Source of the DNA: an uncultured Actinomycetota bacterium
GTDB taxonomy: Bacteria > Actinomycetota > Thermoleophilia > Gaiellales > Gaiellaceae
Assembly (NCBI GenBank): GCA_963720045.1
Contig: CAVREC010000002.1
Span: forward strand, 69,361 to 133,360
DNA length: 64,000 bases
Reading direction: 5' to 3'
The position numbers and the translations under genes were made by a program. The notes beneath the pieces were generated by a model. That model worked only from the letters and a program-made list of their open reading frames with translations. It did not search any database and had not been told where the DNA came from. Below are positions 44,922 through 54,449 of this stretch, one piece after another. The first letter of the stretch is position 1. Every line of letters starts with the position of its first letter.

Positions 44922-46194
44922 GCGGTTCCAGCACACCCCCACGGACGGGCTCCGACCGGCCAATCCGGAGCGATAGCCCCGCCGCGAGCAGGCACAGGGC
45001 GCCCGCGCCGACGAAGGCGTAGCTGTATGTGCCCGTCCACTGGCGGGTCGCGCCGGCGGCCCACGCGGCGGAGGCCGCTCCGATCTGGTGGGCGGCGAAG
45101 ACCCAGCCGAAGACGATCCCGACGCGCTCCTTGCCGAACGCGTCGGCCGTGAGCTTCACCGTGGGCGGCACGGTCGCCACCCAGTCGAGCCCGTAGAAGA
45201 TCGCAAAGAGGACGAGCGCCCAGCCGGCCCCGAACGCCAGCGGCAGAGCGATCACCGCGATCCCGCGCAGCGAGTAGTACCAGGCGAGCAGGTACCTCGG
45301 ATCGACCCGGTCGGTGAGCCAGCCCGAGCACGTCGTGCCGACGACGTCGAAGAGGCCCATCAGGGCGAGCAGCGAGGCGCCCGTCACCGCGGTGAGGTTG
45401 TGGTCGATCGCCGCCGGGATGAAGTGCGTGCCGATCACGCCGTTCGTCGAGAGGCCGCACACGAAGAACGTCCCCGAGAGGAACCAGAACGTCCGCGATC
45501 GCAACCCGAGCGTCAGTCCGTCGATCGCCGGCCGGAACGGATGAGGGGAGCGCTCCGGCACCGGCACCGGCGCCGTCGCTCCGAACGGCTCGAGTCCCAT
45601 CGACTGCGGCCGGTCGCGCACGACGATCGCGACGATCGGGAAGACGAGCAGCATCGCGACGGCCGCGACGGCGATCGTCGCGTACCGCCAGCCGTAGGCG
45701 GTCGCAAGCCACGCGAGTGCCGGCAGGAAGATCAGCTGGCCGCTCGCGTTGCTTGCGGTCAGGATCCCCGTAACGAGGCCCTGGCGCTTCTCGAACCAGC
45801 GGTTCGCGACCGTCGCCGCAAGCGGCACCGAGACCGCACCCGTCGCGGCCCCGACGACGAATCCCCAGAGGAGGATGAACTGCCAGGCCTCCGTCATCCA
45901 GGTGGTCGCGGTCGTGCCCGCGGCGATCGTCGCGAGCGCGATGAGCATCACCCGGCGCACGCCGAAGCGGTCCATCAGCGCCGCCGAGAATGGAGCCGAG
46001 AGCCCGTACATCAGCAGCCCGAGCGAGATTCCGAGCGAGATCGTCGAGCGCGACCAGTGGTACTCCTGCTGCAGCGGGACGATGAGCACGCCCGGTGCCG
46101 CGCGGAAGCCGGCCGTCGTGATCAGGGTCACGAACGTGACCACCACGATCAGCCACGCGTAGTGGAGCGGCCGGCCGATCAGGCGGTCGATCAC
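44911..46194 (-). CDS. MFS transporter
   Basis: About 12 hydrophobic segments. MFS loop motif ALMDRFGVRRVM. 427 aa. Confidence 0.9.
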   Translation of the reverse strand: MIDRLIGRPLHYAWLIVVVTFVTLITTAGFRAAPGVLIVPLQQEYHWSRSTISLGISLGLLMYGLSAPFSAALMDRFGVRRVMLIALATIAAGTTATTWMTEAWQFILLWGFVVGAATGAVSVPLAATVANRWFEKRQGLVTGILTASNASGQLIFLPALAWLATAYGWRYATIAVAAVAMLLVFPIVAIVVRDRPQSMGLEPFGATAPVPVPERSPHPFRPAIDGLTLGLRSRTFWFLSGTFFVCGLSTNGVIGTHFIPAAIDHNLTAVTGASLLALMGLFDVVGTTCSGWLTDRVDPRYLLAWYYSLRGIAVIALPLAFGAGWALVLFAIFYGLDWVATVPPTVKLTADAFGKERVGIVFGWVFAAHQIGAASAAWAAGATRQWTGTYSYAFVGAGALCLLAAGLSLRIGRSEPVRGGVLEPLTA

Positions 46195-46622
46195 GTTCCG
46201 GCTCCGGCGAGCGCGTTCAGTTCCCCGACGAGCGCGGCTGTCCGGTCGGCTCCGAACTCGGCGGCCAGGCTCCGCTGCGCCGCCTTCCAGAGCGGGTAGG
46301 CCTCGCGCACCTTGCGCTTCCCGGTAGGGCTCAGCGCGAGTACGCGGCGGCGCCGGTCGCCCGAGTCGGCCGTCGTCTCGATCAGCCCGGCCTCCTCGAG
46401 CGGCGCGATCTCACGGGAGAGCGTCGAGCGGTCCATCCCGAGCGTGGCCGCGAACGCGCCGAGTGGAAGCGGCCCGTGCTCCCCGAGCCGCACGAGGATC
46501 GAGTAGCCGTTCGTCGAGATTCCGGCAGGTGCGAGCGCGTGGTCGTAGTGGCGCGTCACAAGGCGCGTCGCCATGCGGAGCGACGCGCACACACAGACAG
46601 ACGGCGAGGGCCCGCTCTCCAT
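46191..46622 (-). CDS. MarR-family transcriptional regulator
   Basis: YSILVRLGEHGPLPLGAFAATLGMDRSTLSREIAPLEEAGLIETTADSGDRRRRVLALSPTG. The stop overlaps the MFS start (ATGA). This is the 3' end of track ORF 46191..48386. Confidence 0.85.
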   Translation of the reverse strand: MESGPSPSVCVCASLRMATRLVTRHYDHALAPAGISTNGYSILVRLGEHGPLPLGAFAATLGMDRSTLSREIAPLEEAGLIETTADSGDRRRRVLALSPTGKRKVREAYPLWKAAQRSLAAEFGADRTAALVGELNALAGAGT

Positions 46623-46735
46623 CGGATAGGAGCATATACACGCTTCCCTCAGCGAACTCTGATGCGGCTCTGGGGAACCTCCCAGCCGCGGGTGGTCTCC
46701 TGGACTTACCGACCAGATCCCGAAAGGAGAACCGG

Positions 46736-46891
46736 ATGTCCATCTTTGCCGTTGCGCTTCTGAACGCCGCCCTCGCCGTCGCCCTCGTCGCCGGGCTCGC
46801 CGCCGTGATGCTCGTGCCGCTCCGTGCAGGGCGCTCCGTGGAGGTAGTCGAGCTGTCGCAAGGCCGGGAGCGGATGGATCTCGCGGCGTAA
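46736..46891 (+). CDS. possible 51-aa hydrophobic peptide
   Basis: AAAGGAGA lies 5 nt upstream of ATG 46736. MSIFAVALLNAALAVALVAGLAAVMLVPL. I recognise no homology. Confidence 0.3.
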   Translation: MSIFAVALLNAALAVALVAGLAAVMLVPLRAGRSVEVVELSQGRERMDLAA

Positions 46892-46918
46892 CGCCCGGCC
46901 GGGGCGGGGCGACCGTTC

Positions 46919-48040
46919 TCAGCGTGCGACGGGTTCCCTGTCGGCCAGGTTCGAGTCCGCGTTCTGTGAGTCGCAGCGCGCGTCGGGCGTCGTCGTCCCG
47001 CCCGGCCCGGGCCCTTTGACGATGCGCACGACGACCGATCTGGTGGTCCAGTTGCCGTCGACGTCGGAAGCGGTGACCTCGACGCGGTAACGGCCCGGCG
47101 GAAGTCGCGAGACGTCCATCAGGTTCGGGGTGAGGTCGAACAGATAGCGGCCGGCCTTGCCGTAGTGGAAGGTGCCGTCGACCGCCGCGAAGTTCTGCTC
47201 GGTGCCCGGCGCGTAGACGGTGCAGAAGGCCTGGCGCGGTGGCTCGCCGTAGCGGAAGTCGACCGCGGTGTTCTTCGCGACGAGCCGCCCGCCGAGCGTC
47301 GTCAACCGCCAGCTGACGTGGTTCGGCGCCACCGGCAGCCGCTTCCACGGGTACGGGCTCCGGAGCTCCGGCGTGTCGAAGGCGTCGGCGATGATCCGGA
47401 TCTTCCCGGCCAGGGCCTCGGGGCTGAGCGGCTCGCGCGACCGGGTCTGGAAGAGGATCGCGCGGATCGTCGGCTTCGTCGTGTCGCGATAGGGCTCGAG
47501 GTGATGTGGCATGAGGGGGTTCACGGCGCAATCCTCGCGGAGCTCGGTCAGGTGGATGTGGTTCCAGCGCGGCCGGACGAGCCCGAGCACCGTCTTCAGC
47601 GCCGTCACCTCCTCGCCGACCTGAACCTCGGGCGCGAGATGGATGTACTGGAACCGGCGGCCACCGGGCGTCTCGATCGAGACGAGGTCGCCGGTGACGC
47701 GGACGGCGATCCCCGACTTGACCGGATACACCTTGTTGCCCGGCCAGGCCGAGATGTCGATCCCGTTGTGGAACGAGAACGCGCCCTCGTCCGGCCCGGT
47801 GAACACGGTGCGCGGGTCGCCGAAGTCGCCCCTCACCGGATGCATGCGATGGAACGGTTTGACCGGCCAGGGGTAGGCCGCCAGCCGGTCGCGGGCGAGG
47901 TAACGGCAGCGGTGCTGGAGCTGCTGCCAGAGTGTGAGGCGGGGGAGCGGGGCCGGCGACGGTGCCGCCGAGGCAAGTGTCGCGCAAACGAGCCCGAGCG
48001 CGACGAGACCCCCCACCTGTCCGATCCGCTTGCGTCCCAC
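46919..48040 (-). CDS. secreted M23-family peptidase-like protein
   Basis: Signal-like VGGLVALGLVCATLASA. FHNGIDISA (HxxxD) and WNHIHL (HxH) motifs. GTG start. Confidence 0.7.
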   Translation of the reverse strand: MGRKRIGQVGGLVALGLVCATLASAAPSPAPLPRLTLWQQLQHRCRYLARDRLAAYPWPVKPFHRMHPVRGDFGDPRTVFTGPDEGAFSFHNGIDISAWPGNKVYPVKSGIAVRVTGDLVSIETPGGRRFQYIHLAPEVQVGEEVTALKTVLGLVRPRWNHIHLTELREDCAVNPLMPHHLEPYRDTTKPTIRAILFQTRSREPLSPEALAGKIRIIADAFDTPELRSPYPWKRLPVAPNHVSWRLTTLGGRLVAKNTAVDFRYGEPPRQAFCTVYAPGTEQNFAAVDGTFHYGKAGRYLFDLTPNLMDVSRLPPGRYRVEVTASDVDGNWTTRSVVVRIVKGPGPGGTTTPDARCDSQNADSNLADREPVAR

Positions 48041-48093
48041 CGGCAGGCCTGACCCTACTCAAACCGCCCCGACCCCCACCGCGGATCCTCCCG

Positions 48094-48400
48094 AGCCATG
48101 TCCCCGCAGGACCGGTCCGGGGACTGTCCCCGGCCATGTCTCGCGGGGGCGTGGCTCGCAAGGCCACCGTCGAAACTTCGATCGCCCTCGCGGACCGGTC
48201 CGGGGACTGTCCCCGGCCATGTCTCGCGGGGGCGTGGCTCGGAAGGCCACCGTCGAAACTTCGATCGCCCTCGCGGACCGGTCCGGGGACTGTCCCCGGC
48301 CATGTCTCGCGGGGGCGTGGCTCGGAAGGCCACCGTCGAAACTTCGATCGCCCTCGCGGACCTGTCCGGGGACTGTCCCCAGCCATGTCCGGTTCGGCCA
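48094..48400. repeat. intergenic 83-bp tandem repeat, about 3.5 copies, each unit containing short palindromes (MIRU/VNTR-like)
   Basis: accggtccggggactgtcccc recurs at 48111, 48194 and 48277, and as a variant at 48360. Each unit holds CCGGGGAC-t-GTCCCCGG, GTGGC..GCCAC and TCGAA-ac-TTCGA. The period is not a multiple of 3. Confidence 0.85.
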
Positions 48401-48466
48401 GGTGCGTCGGCGGCCGAGTTGGCGTGGCGGGGTGGCGGGACAGGGCGCATCCGTAGACTGGCCGCC

Positions 48467-50179
48467 GTGGCCTCGCGCATCAGCCGAGGGCTCGCCGGTC
48501 GGCGCGGGGGGACGGCCTTCGCGCTCTATCTCGTCCTCGCTTTCGCGTTCATCGGTGTCCGCGTGGCCGAGCATCCCGAGCGCCGCATGGTCGGCGGCCT
48601 CTTCACCGATCCGCAGATCTTCATCTGGTCGTTTGCCTGGTGGCCGCACGCGATCCTCCACGGCCAGAACCCGTTCTTCACCCACGCGATCTGGGAGCCC
48701 GACGGCTTCAACCTGACCTGGGCGACGAGCGTTCCCGGGCTCGCGATTGCCTTCGCGCCCCTGACGCTCCTCTTCGGGCCGATCCTCGCCTACAACGTCG
48801 CGAGCATCCTGATGCCGGCACTCGCTGCCTGGACGGCGTTCCTGCTCTGCCGGCGGCTGACCGGGAAGGTCTGGCCCTCGCTCGCCGGCGGCTACCTCTT
48901 CGGCTTCTCGACCTACGTGCTCTCGGCAGAGCTGACCCACATCTTCAGCGCCTCGGTGTTCCTGCTCCCGGTCGCCGTGCTCCTTGCGGTCCGATTCTTG
49001 GAGGGCGAGCTGAGCAGGCGCGGGTTTGCGTTGCGGCTGGGATTCGTGCTCGCAGGCCAGATGCTCCTCTCCACGGAGATCCTCTTCACGCTGACGCTCG
49101 CGATCGCGACCTCGCTCGTTCTCGGGTTCGCGCTCGTTCCGGCTCGGCGCAGGCGAGTCGTCCAGTCGCTCCTGCCGCTCGCCGGCGCCTACGTGCTCGC
49201 CGCGCTGCTCACGCTCCCGTTCGTCTACTACGTGGCGACGGGGACGAGCTCCCGTCCGCCCTCGGGGGCCGAGGCGTTCTCCGGCGACCTCCTCAACCTG
49301 GTCGTCCCGACGGAGGCCTCGCTCGGGGGCTGGTGGGGGCGTCACATCGCGACCGCCTTCCCGGCGAACGACTCGGAACGCGGCACCTATCTCGGGGTCC
49401 CGCTGCTCGCGATCGTCTGTCTCTTCGCCTGGCGCTGGCGGCGCTCAGCCGCCGGGCGCTTCCTCGTGGTCGGCTTCGCGCTCGCCGTGCTCTGCTCGCT
49501 CGGCACCTGGCTCACGGCCGACGGCCATCAGGCTCTGACCCTGCCGTGGGTGCATCTCGCCGAGCGCCCGTTCTTTCGAAACGTCATGCCGGTTCGCCTG
49601 ATGGTCTACGCCGCCCTCGCCGCCTCGCTGATGACGGCTCTCTGGGCGGCGTCCTCGGCCCGCCCGCGCTGGCTGCGGATCGCCCTTCCCGCGCTCGCGG
49701 CGGTCGCGATCCTCCCGAACCTCGCCTGGGGCAAGTGGGCCCGCACTCCCGAGGTGCCCCGCCTCTTCACCACGAGCCTCTACCGAAGCTGTCTCGGCCG
49801 GCACGAGAACGTGTTGCTCCTGCCCTTCGGCACCCGCGGCGACGCGATGATCTGGCAGGCGAAGTCTGGCTTCTGGTTCGAGGACGCCGGCGGCTACGTC
49901 TCGCCGTACCCGCCCGGCGGCTACACCACCGTCGAGGGAATGGGGCGAGTCGCAACCGAGGACATCCCGCCCGACGTCTCGACCGGCGACGTGCTCCAGC
50001 TCGTGCGCCTGAAACACGTCACGACGATCGTGCTCGACGAGCTCGAAGCTTCGCTCTGGGGACCGGTGCTGCGCCCGTTCGCGCGTCCCCAGCTTGCAGG
50101 CGGCGCGCTGATCTACCGGCTCCGGGACGCCCCACCTCTCGAGGCGAGCTGCGCGGCCGCCGCGGCACGTGGCGCTTGA
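48467..50179 (+). CDS. polytopic membrane protein with a C-terminal extracytoplasmic domain (possible glycosyltransferase-type fold)
   Basis: Ten or more hydrophobic segments (FALYLVLAFAFIGV.., ILAYNVASILMPALAAWTAFLLC.., etc.). In-frame GTG at 48467 just downstream of the repeat array. Function not recognised. Confidence 0.65.
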   Translation: MASRISRGLAGRRGGTAFALYLVLAFAFIGVRVAEHPERRMVGGLFTDPQIFIWSFAWWPHAILHGQNPFFTHAIWEPDGFNLTWATSVPGLAIAFAPLTLLFGPILAYNVASILMPALAAWTAFLLCRRLTGKVWPSLAGGYLFGFSTYVLSAELTHIFSASVFLLPVAVLLAVRFLEGELSRRGFALRLGFVLAGQMLLSTEILFTLTLAIATSLVLGFALVPARRRRVVQSLLPLAGAYVLAALLTLPFVYYVATGTSSRPPSGAEAFSGDLLNLVVPTEASLGGWWGRHIATAFPANDSERGTYLGVPLLAIVCLFAWRWRRSAAGRFLVVGFALAVLCSLGTWLTADGHQALTLPWVHLAERPFFRNVMPVRLMVYAALAASLMTALWAASSARPRWLRIALPALAAVAILPNLAWGKWARTPEVPRLFTTSLYRSCLGRHENVLLLPFGTRGDAMIWQAKSGFWFEDAGGYVSPYPPGGYTTVEGMGRVATEDIPPDVSTGDVLQLVRLKHVTTIVLDELEASLWGPVLRPFARPQLAGGALIYRLRDAPPLEASCAAAAARGA

Positions 50180-50213
50180 CGCTACCCCTGGGGACCGTGA
50201 CAATCGACCCGGG

Positions 50214-50966
50214 ATGCGCTACTACGTCGCGATCGACGACACGGACCAGGAGGGCGACGACGGCCAGAACAAGGGCACGGGCGCCAAGTCGCGCGCGCTC
50301 GCGAAGGAGCTCGTCGAGCTGACGGGCGCGCTGCATCTCGGGATCACGCGTCATCAACTCCTGCTCGACCCGGCGATCCCGTACACGTCGCACAACAGCT
50401 CGGCCTGCATCGTGCTCGGGAGCGACGCCGACCCTGAGCAGCTGATTCTGCGCCTTCTCGAGGCGAGCTCGACCTACCTGACCTTCATCGCCTCGCCCGG
50501 CTCCGATGTTGGGCTCTGCGTCGCGGAGGAGTCCCAGATCTCGCCGGCGGAGGTCGAATGGGGGCACCGCGCAAAGGCCGAGGTGCTGACGATGGCGGAG
50601 GCCTACTCGATCGCAGCCGACGACGGCATCGAGCTCGTCGGGCTCACAGGCGAGAAGACCGGAGTGGTCGGCGCGCTCGCCGCGGTGGGTCTCCGGCGCA
50701 GTGGCGAGGACGGGCGCTTCCTCGAGCTGATGGGCCTCCGCGGCCTCGTCGGCGAGCAGCCGGCGGCCGTCTTCATCGAGGCCGGCGTGGAGCGGTTCCT
50801 ATCGGGCACGCTCGAGGTCGAGCTGGAGCCCGGTGAGCTGATCGCGGTCGGCCGGAAGCATGCCCAGCCGGTTCTGCTCGACGGCCGGCCGACGCTGCTC
50901 CTCGACCCGGACTCGAGGCGACCGGACTGGCGCGCGATGCCGCGCGAGCACGTCAAGCAGTACTGA
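50214..50966 (+). CDS. TiaS-N-terminal-like (DUF1743-type) protein
   Basis: MRYYVAIDDTD...LLLDPAIPYTSHNSS...KTGVVGALAAVGL resembles, from memory, the N-terminal domain of archaeal tRNA(Ile2) agmatidine synthetase (GIDDTD.., NPxIPYKTRGNG.., GLIGALAAVG). No OB-fold or zinc ribbon follows. Confidence 0.45.
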   Translation: MRYYVAIDDTDQEGDDGQNKGTGAKSRALAKELVELTGALHLGITRHQLLLDPAIPYTSHNSSACIVLGSDADPEQLILRLLEASSTYLTFIASPGSDVGLCVAEESQISPAEVEWGHRAKAEVLTMAEAYSIAADDGIELVGLTGEKTGVVGALAAVGLRRSGEDGRFLELMGLRGLVGEQPAAVFIEAGVERFLSGTLEVELEPGELIAVGRKHAQPVLLDGRPTLLLDPDSRRPDWRAMPREHVKQY

Positions 50967-51879
50967 CGGGACCGGCGGCGAGCGTCGCGCGCTCCTGTCG
51001 AAGCCGCTCGCCCATCGAGATCTGGTGCGGCTTCGGGCCATCGCCCGGATAGATGCGCGCGACGAGCGAGAGCCTCACCGAGTCCGACTTGCACGGGAGC
51101 CCGCAGTGGATCATGTCGGCGCTGAAGAAGAGCGCGTCGCCGGGCTCGAACGACCCGGCGAGCCACTCGTCGTCGTCGACCGTCATCCGCAGGCCGTGGC
51201 CCGCGTTGATCTTCGGGCCCTGCCCCGGCCCGAGTGCCGCGCGGCGGTCGGAGCGAGAGACGCGGCCGGTCTGCTTCCGGCCGCGGTAGGCAGGAAGCTC
51301 GTCGTTGCGCTCGTCGCCGTATTCCGGGATCGGATCGAGGTGCGAGCCCGGCAACAGCGAGAGCCCGCCGTCGGCGAACGCAATCGGCGCGAGCGGCACC
51401 CAGAGCGTGCAGTAGTCGCCCTTGCCGAACCAGGCGCGGCCGAACGCATCGCGATGCGGCGGGGTGATGTGGGCCGGGTCGTCGGGGAGCGCGAAGAAGA
51501 AGATCAGGTTCTTGCCGACCCAGACCGGCCCGCCGTAGAGCCGCTCGCAGAGCGAGGCGAAACCGTCGGTGCTCGAGAGCTCCTCGACGGCCGGGAGCGT
51601 GTACAAGGGGAGCGGGTCGTAGCTCGGCAGCTCGATCCCCGTCCAGCGAAGCTCGCGGCCGGCGCGCTCGGCGACGCCCCAGCCCTCGAGGACGGCGGCG
51701 GCCTGATCGAAAACCGTGTCGACGACCGCCGCCGGCACGACGTCGTGCACGAACAGATAGCCGCCCTCGGCGCGGCGCTGCTGCAAGCGCATGGGCTCGT
51801 CGAGCAGCGCCGTCGAGTCCTCGTAGCCGAGGAAGCGCGTCTCCGCGAGCGTTGCCGGGCTCAGCTCGCGCAGGGTCAT
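50953..51879 (-). CDS. phytanoyl-CoA dioxygenase (PhyH) family Fe(II)/2-oxoglutarate oxygenase
   Basis: ITPPHRDAFG...YCTLWVPLAP...GGLSLLPGSH...GDALFFSADMIHCG. ATG at 51879 overlaps the upstream stop (ATGA). This is the 3' part of track ORF 50953..52530. Confidence 0.7.
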   Translation of the reverse strand: MTLRELSPATLAETRFLGYEDSTALLDEPMRLQQRRAEGGYLFVHDVVPAAVVDTVFDQAAAVLEGWGVAERAGRELRWTGIELPSYDPLPLYTLPAVEELSSTDGFASLCERLYGGPVWVGKNLIFFFALPDDPAHITPPHRDAFGRAWFGKGDYCTLWVPLAPIAFADGGLSLLPGSHLDPIPEYGDERNDELPAYRGRKQTGRVSRSDRRAALGPGQGPKINAGHGLRMTVDDDEWLAGSFEPGDALFFSADMIHCGLPCKSDSVRLSLVARIYPGDGPKPHQISMGERLRQERATLAAGPVSTA

Positions 51880-53413
51880 TTCGAGAGCCACACGTCGTCG
51901 AGAACGGTACGCACGTCGTGCAGGCCCTGCACGCGCGTTGCCCGGCCGATCAGGCGGTCGAACACACCGGCTTCGGCGCCGGCCCACGTGGTCGTGACGA
52001 GCTCGCACATGTCGGCGACGAGCCGCTGCTGCACGCCCTCGTCGTTCGGGGTCGCGAGGAGCTTCAAGAAGAGCTTGTCGAATCGGGCGTTCGAGTAGTG
52101 CGTGTAGTTCGTCGAGCCGCCGGTGAAGTAGTTGTTTCCGAGCGCCGTCACGGCGTGCTGGCGCTGGCCGCTCCGGGCGATGTTCTGGTTCCCGGGCACG
52201 GTGCTGTTGAAGATCGTGCCGGGCTGCGGGACGATGTTCACGGTGATTCCGGAGGCCTTCGCGATCGACTGGTAGGTGGTCGCGATCGCGTTCGTGACGT
52301 TGCCGTTCGCGCAGTAGAGGTTGAAGGTCAGCCCGTCGCCCAACCCGGCCTGCGCGAGCAGAGCCTGAGCCTGCTCGGGGTCGTACTTCCTCGGAGCGAG
52401 GCCCACGGGGTAGAACACGTCTCCGGGAGGCACGACCTCGAAGTCGGGCGTCACGAAGTGGTGGCCGAACGACGAGGTGGTCTGAAGGAGCTAGCAGGCG
52501 GTTCATCGAGAACTGGACGGCGCGGATCACCCGCGGGTCGGTGAACGGCGGCCTGGTTCCCGAGCAGGTGGACGCCCGCCCACGAGCCGCCCCGCAGCAC
52601 GACCGGGGCGACGTTGTGCGCCGCCGCGATCGCCGAGCCCGAGGTCGGCAGGCCGTCGGCGAGGTCGATCGCGCCTCCGAGAAGCGACTGCAGCCGCGCC
52701 GACTCCATCTGGAGCGCCTCCATCTGGATCCCGTCGAGGTAGGGCCGGCCGCCGCGCCAGTAGCGCGTGTTGCGCAGGAGGACGGCGTTCGTCCCGGCCT
52801 GGAACTCCTCGAGCTTGTAGGGGCCGGAACCGAGCGGCCTGTCGCCGCGTTTCCAGCCGCTCGGGACGGCCCCGAACTGTTGGCCCGACAGCAGGATGTC
52901 GAGGAACGCGTTCGGGCGCTTCAGCTCGAGGCGAAGCGTGTGCCGGTCGGGCGTGTGGATGCCGGTCGGCGCGAGAAACGGGGCGATCGCCGAGGCATAC
53001 GGCGACAACGTCGCGCCGTCGAGGATGCGCTTCAGAGAGTAGGCGTAGTCGGCCGAGGTGAGCGGCCTGCCGTTCGAGAACGTCGCGCCCCGGCGGACCG
53101 AGAAGGTCCAGACCGATGCGGTCCGATTCGGGCTCCAGTCCGAGCAACCGCCCGGGCGCAGGTTGAAGAGCGGGTCGGCCCGGAGCGGTGGGTCGTACAG
53201 GTTCGGGATCAGGAACTGGCTCGTCGCGATCGCCGGGTCGGGCAGGTCGGTGGTCGGCATGTTCGTGCCGACCCGGAGGACCCCGCCGCGCGCCGGAGAC
53301 GTCGCGGCGCGTGCGAAGGAGGGCCGCACGGCGAGACCGACCGTGGCCACCGCTCCCGCTCTCAGCAGGGTGCCGCGGTCAATCGTCCTGTGCTGATCTA
53401 GATCGCTTGGCAC
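51876..53413 (-). pseudogene. family-5 (peptide/nickel) ABC substrate-binding protein with Tat-like signal, frame-disrupted near 52480-52560
   Basis: The N-terminal part is in ORF 52451..53413 (RGTLLRAGAVATVGLAV, SGPYKLEEF). A short middle piece, VIRAVQFSMNR, is in a second frame. The C-terminal part is in ORF 51876..52454, preceded by an in-frame TAG. Confidence 0.75.
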
Positions 53414-53440
53414 TATTCACACGTAAGGCGACCTTCACCT

Positions 53441-54449
53441 ATGCACTACATACCGTACATCGACCCGGGCACACGAGCGGCGGCGCTGCCGGCGGCCGTG
53501 CGCGCGGTCGGCGGCGGCGCGATGAAGCTCGTGGTGACGCTGCTTGCCGTCAGCCTGCTCGTGTTCGCGCTGACCGAACTGCCTGGCGATCCGGCGCGCC
53601 GCACGCTCGGCGAGGGCGCAACCCCGGCGCAGGTCGCGATCTTCAACCACGACTACGGGCTCGACAAGCCGTTCCTCACGCGCTACGCCGACTGGCTCGA
53701 AGGCGCCGTGCAGGGCGATTTCGGCCGCGCAGTACGTCACGAACGAGCCGGTCTGGTCGGTGATCCGGCCGCGTCTCACCCGCTCGCTGCCGCTCGTCGT
53801 GCTCGCCTGGCTCTTGATGGTGCTCGTCGGCGTGCCGCTCGGATTGCTCTCGGGGCTGCGCGGCGGACGGGTCGACGGTCGTCCTCTCCGCCGGCTCGCT
53901 CGGCCTCGCGGCTGTCCCCGAGTTCGTGGCGGGGACGCTCGTACTCTGCGCTCTTCGCGGTTCGGCTCCACTGGGTGCCGGCGAACTCGTCGGCGGCGGG
54001 GTTCGTCTCGAACCCGTTCGACGCCTGGTCCGCCTACCTGCTTCCTGCGATCACGATCGCGATCGGCGGGGCCGTACACACGATGCGGCTGACGCGGGCG
54101 AACGCACGCGACGTCGCCGGCGAGCCGTACGTCCGCGCGGCGCGGCTGCGCGGGCTCGGTCCCGGGCGCGCGTCGCCGTGCGTCACGTGTTGCCGAACGC
54201 GGCGCCGCCGGTCATCGGCTCGCTTGCGCTCCGGCTCGCGGCGCTCTCGGCGGGATGGTGATCGCCGAGAACGTGTTCGGCTTTCCCGGGCTCGGCCAGT
54301 TGCTCGTCGACTCGGCCTCGTCGGGGAACGTGCCGGTCGTCCAGGCGGTCGTACTGCTCGTCGCCGGGACATATGTAATCGTCAACCTGCTCGCCGACGG
54401 GCGTCGTGGGCTTCATCGCGCCGTGCGGCGGTACGGTGACGCGCGGTGA
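53441..54449 (+). pseudogene. DppB/OppB-like ABC permease, at least 5 frame switches
   Basis: Recognisable pieces alternate between three frames: LLVFALTELPGDPARRTLG..DWLEGAVQGDFG; VIRPRLTRSLPLVVLAWLLMVLVGVPLGLLSG; LAAVPEFVAGTLVL; LFAVRLHWVPA..LPAITIAIGGAVHTMRLTRANARDV; HVLPNAAPPVIGSLAL; VIAENVFGFPGLGQLLVDS. Confidence 0.75.

Noticed and set aside
46930-46960. tRNA-like GGTTCGAGTCC (T-loop-like) string
   Set aside because: The flanks cannot form a T-stem (CCAGG versus CCGCG) and it lies inside the M23 peptidase coding frame. No tRNA cloverleaf can be built.
46623-48386. Upstream part of the 731-aa ORF 46191..48386 (-) and the repeated peptides in ORFs 47934.., 47962.., 48055.., 48059.. and 48098..
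   Set aside because: Only the 3' 143 codons (MarR) are credible. The rest runs through the M23 gene out of frame and through the 83-bp repeat, whose period is not divisible by 3.
48094-48400. CRISPR array
   Set aside because: The whole 83-bp unit repeats nearly identically. There are no unique spacers between short repeats and no cas genes in the window.
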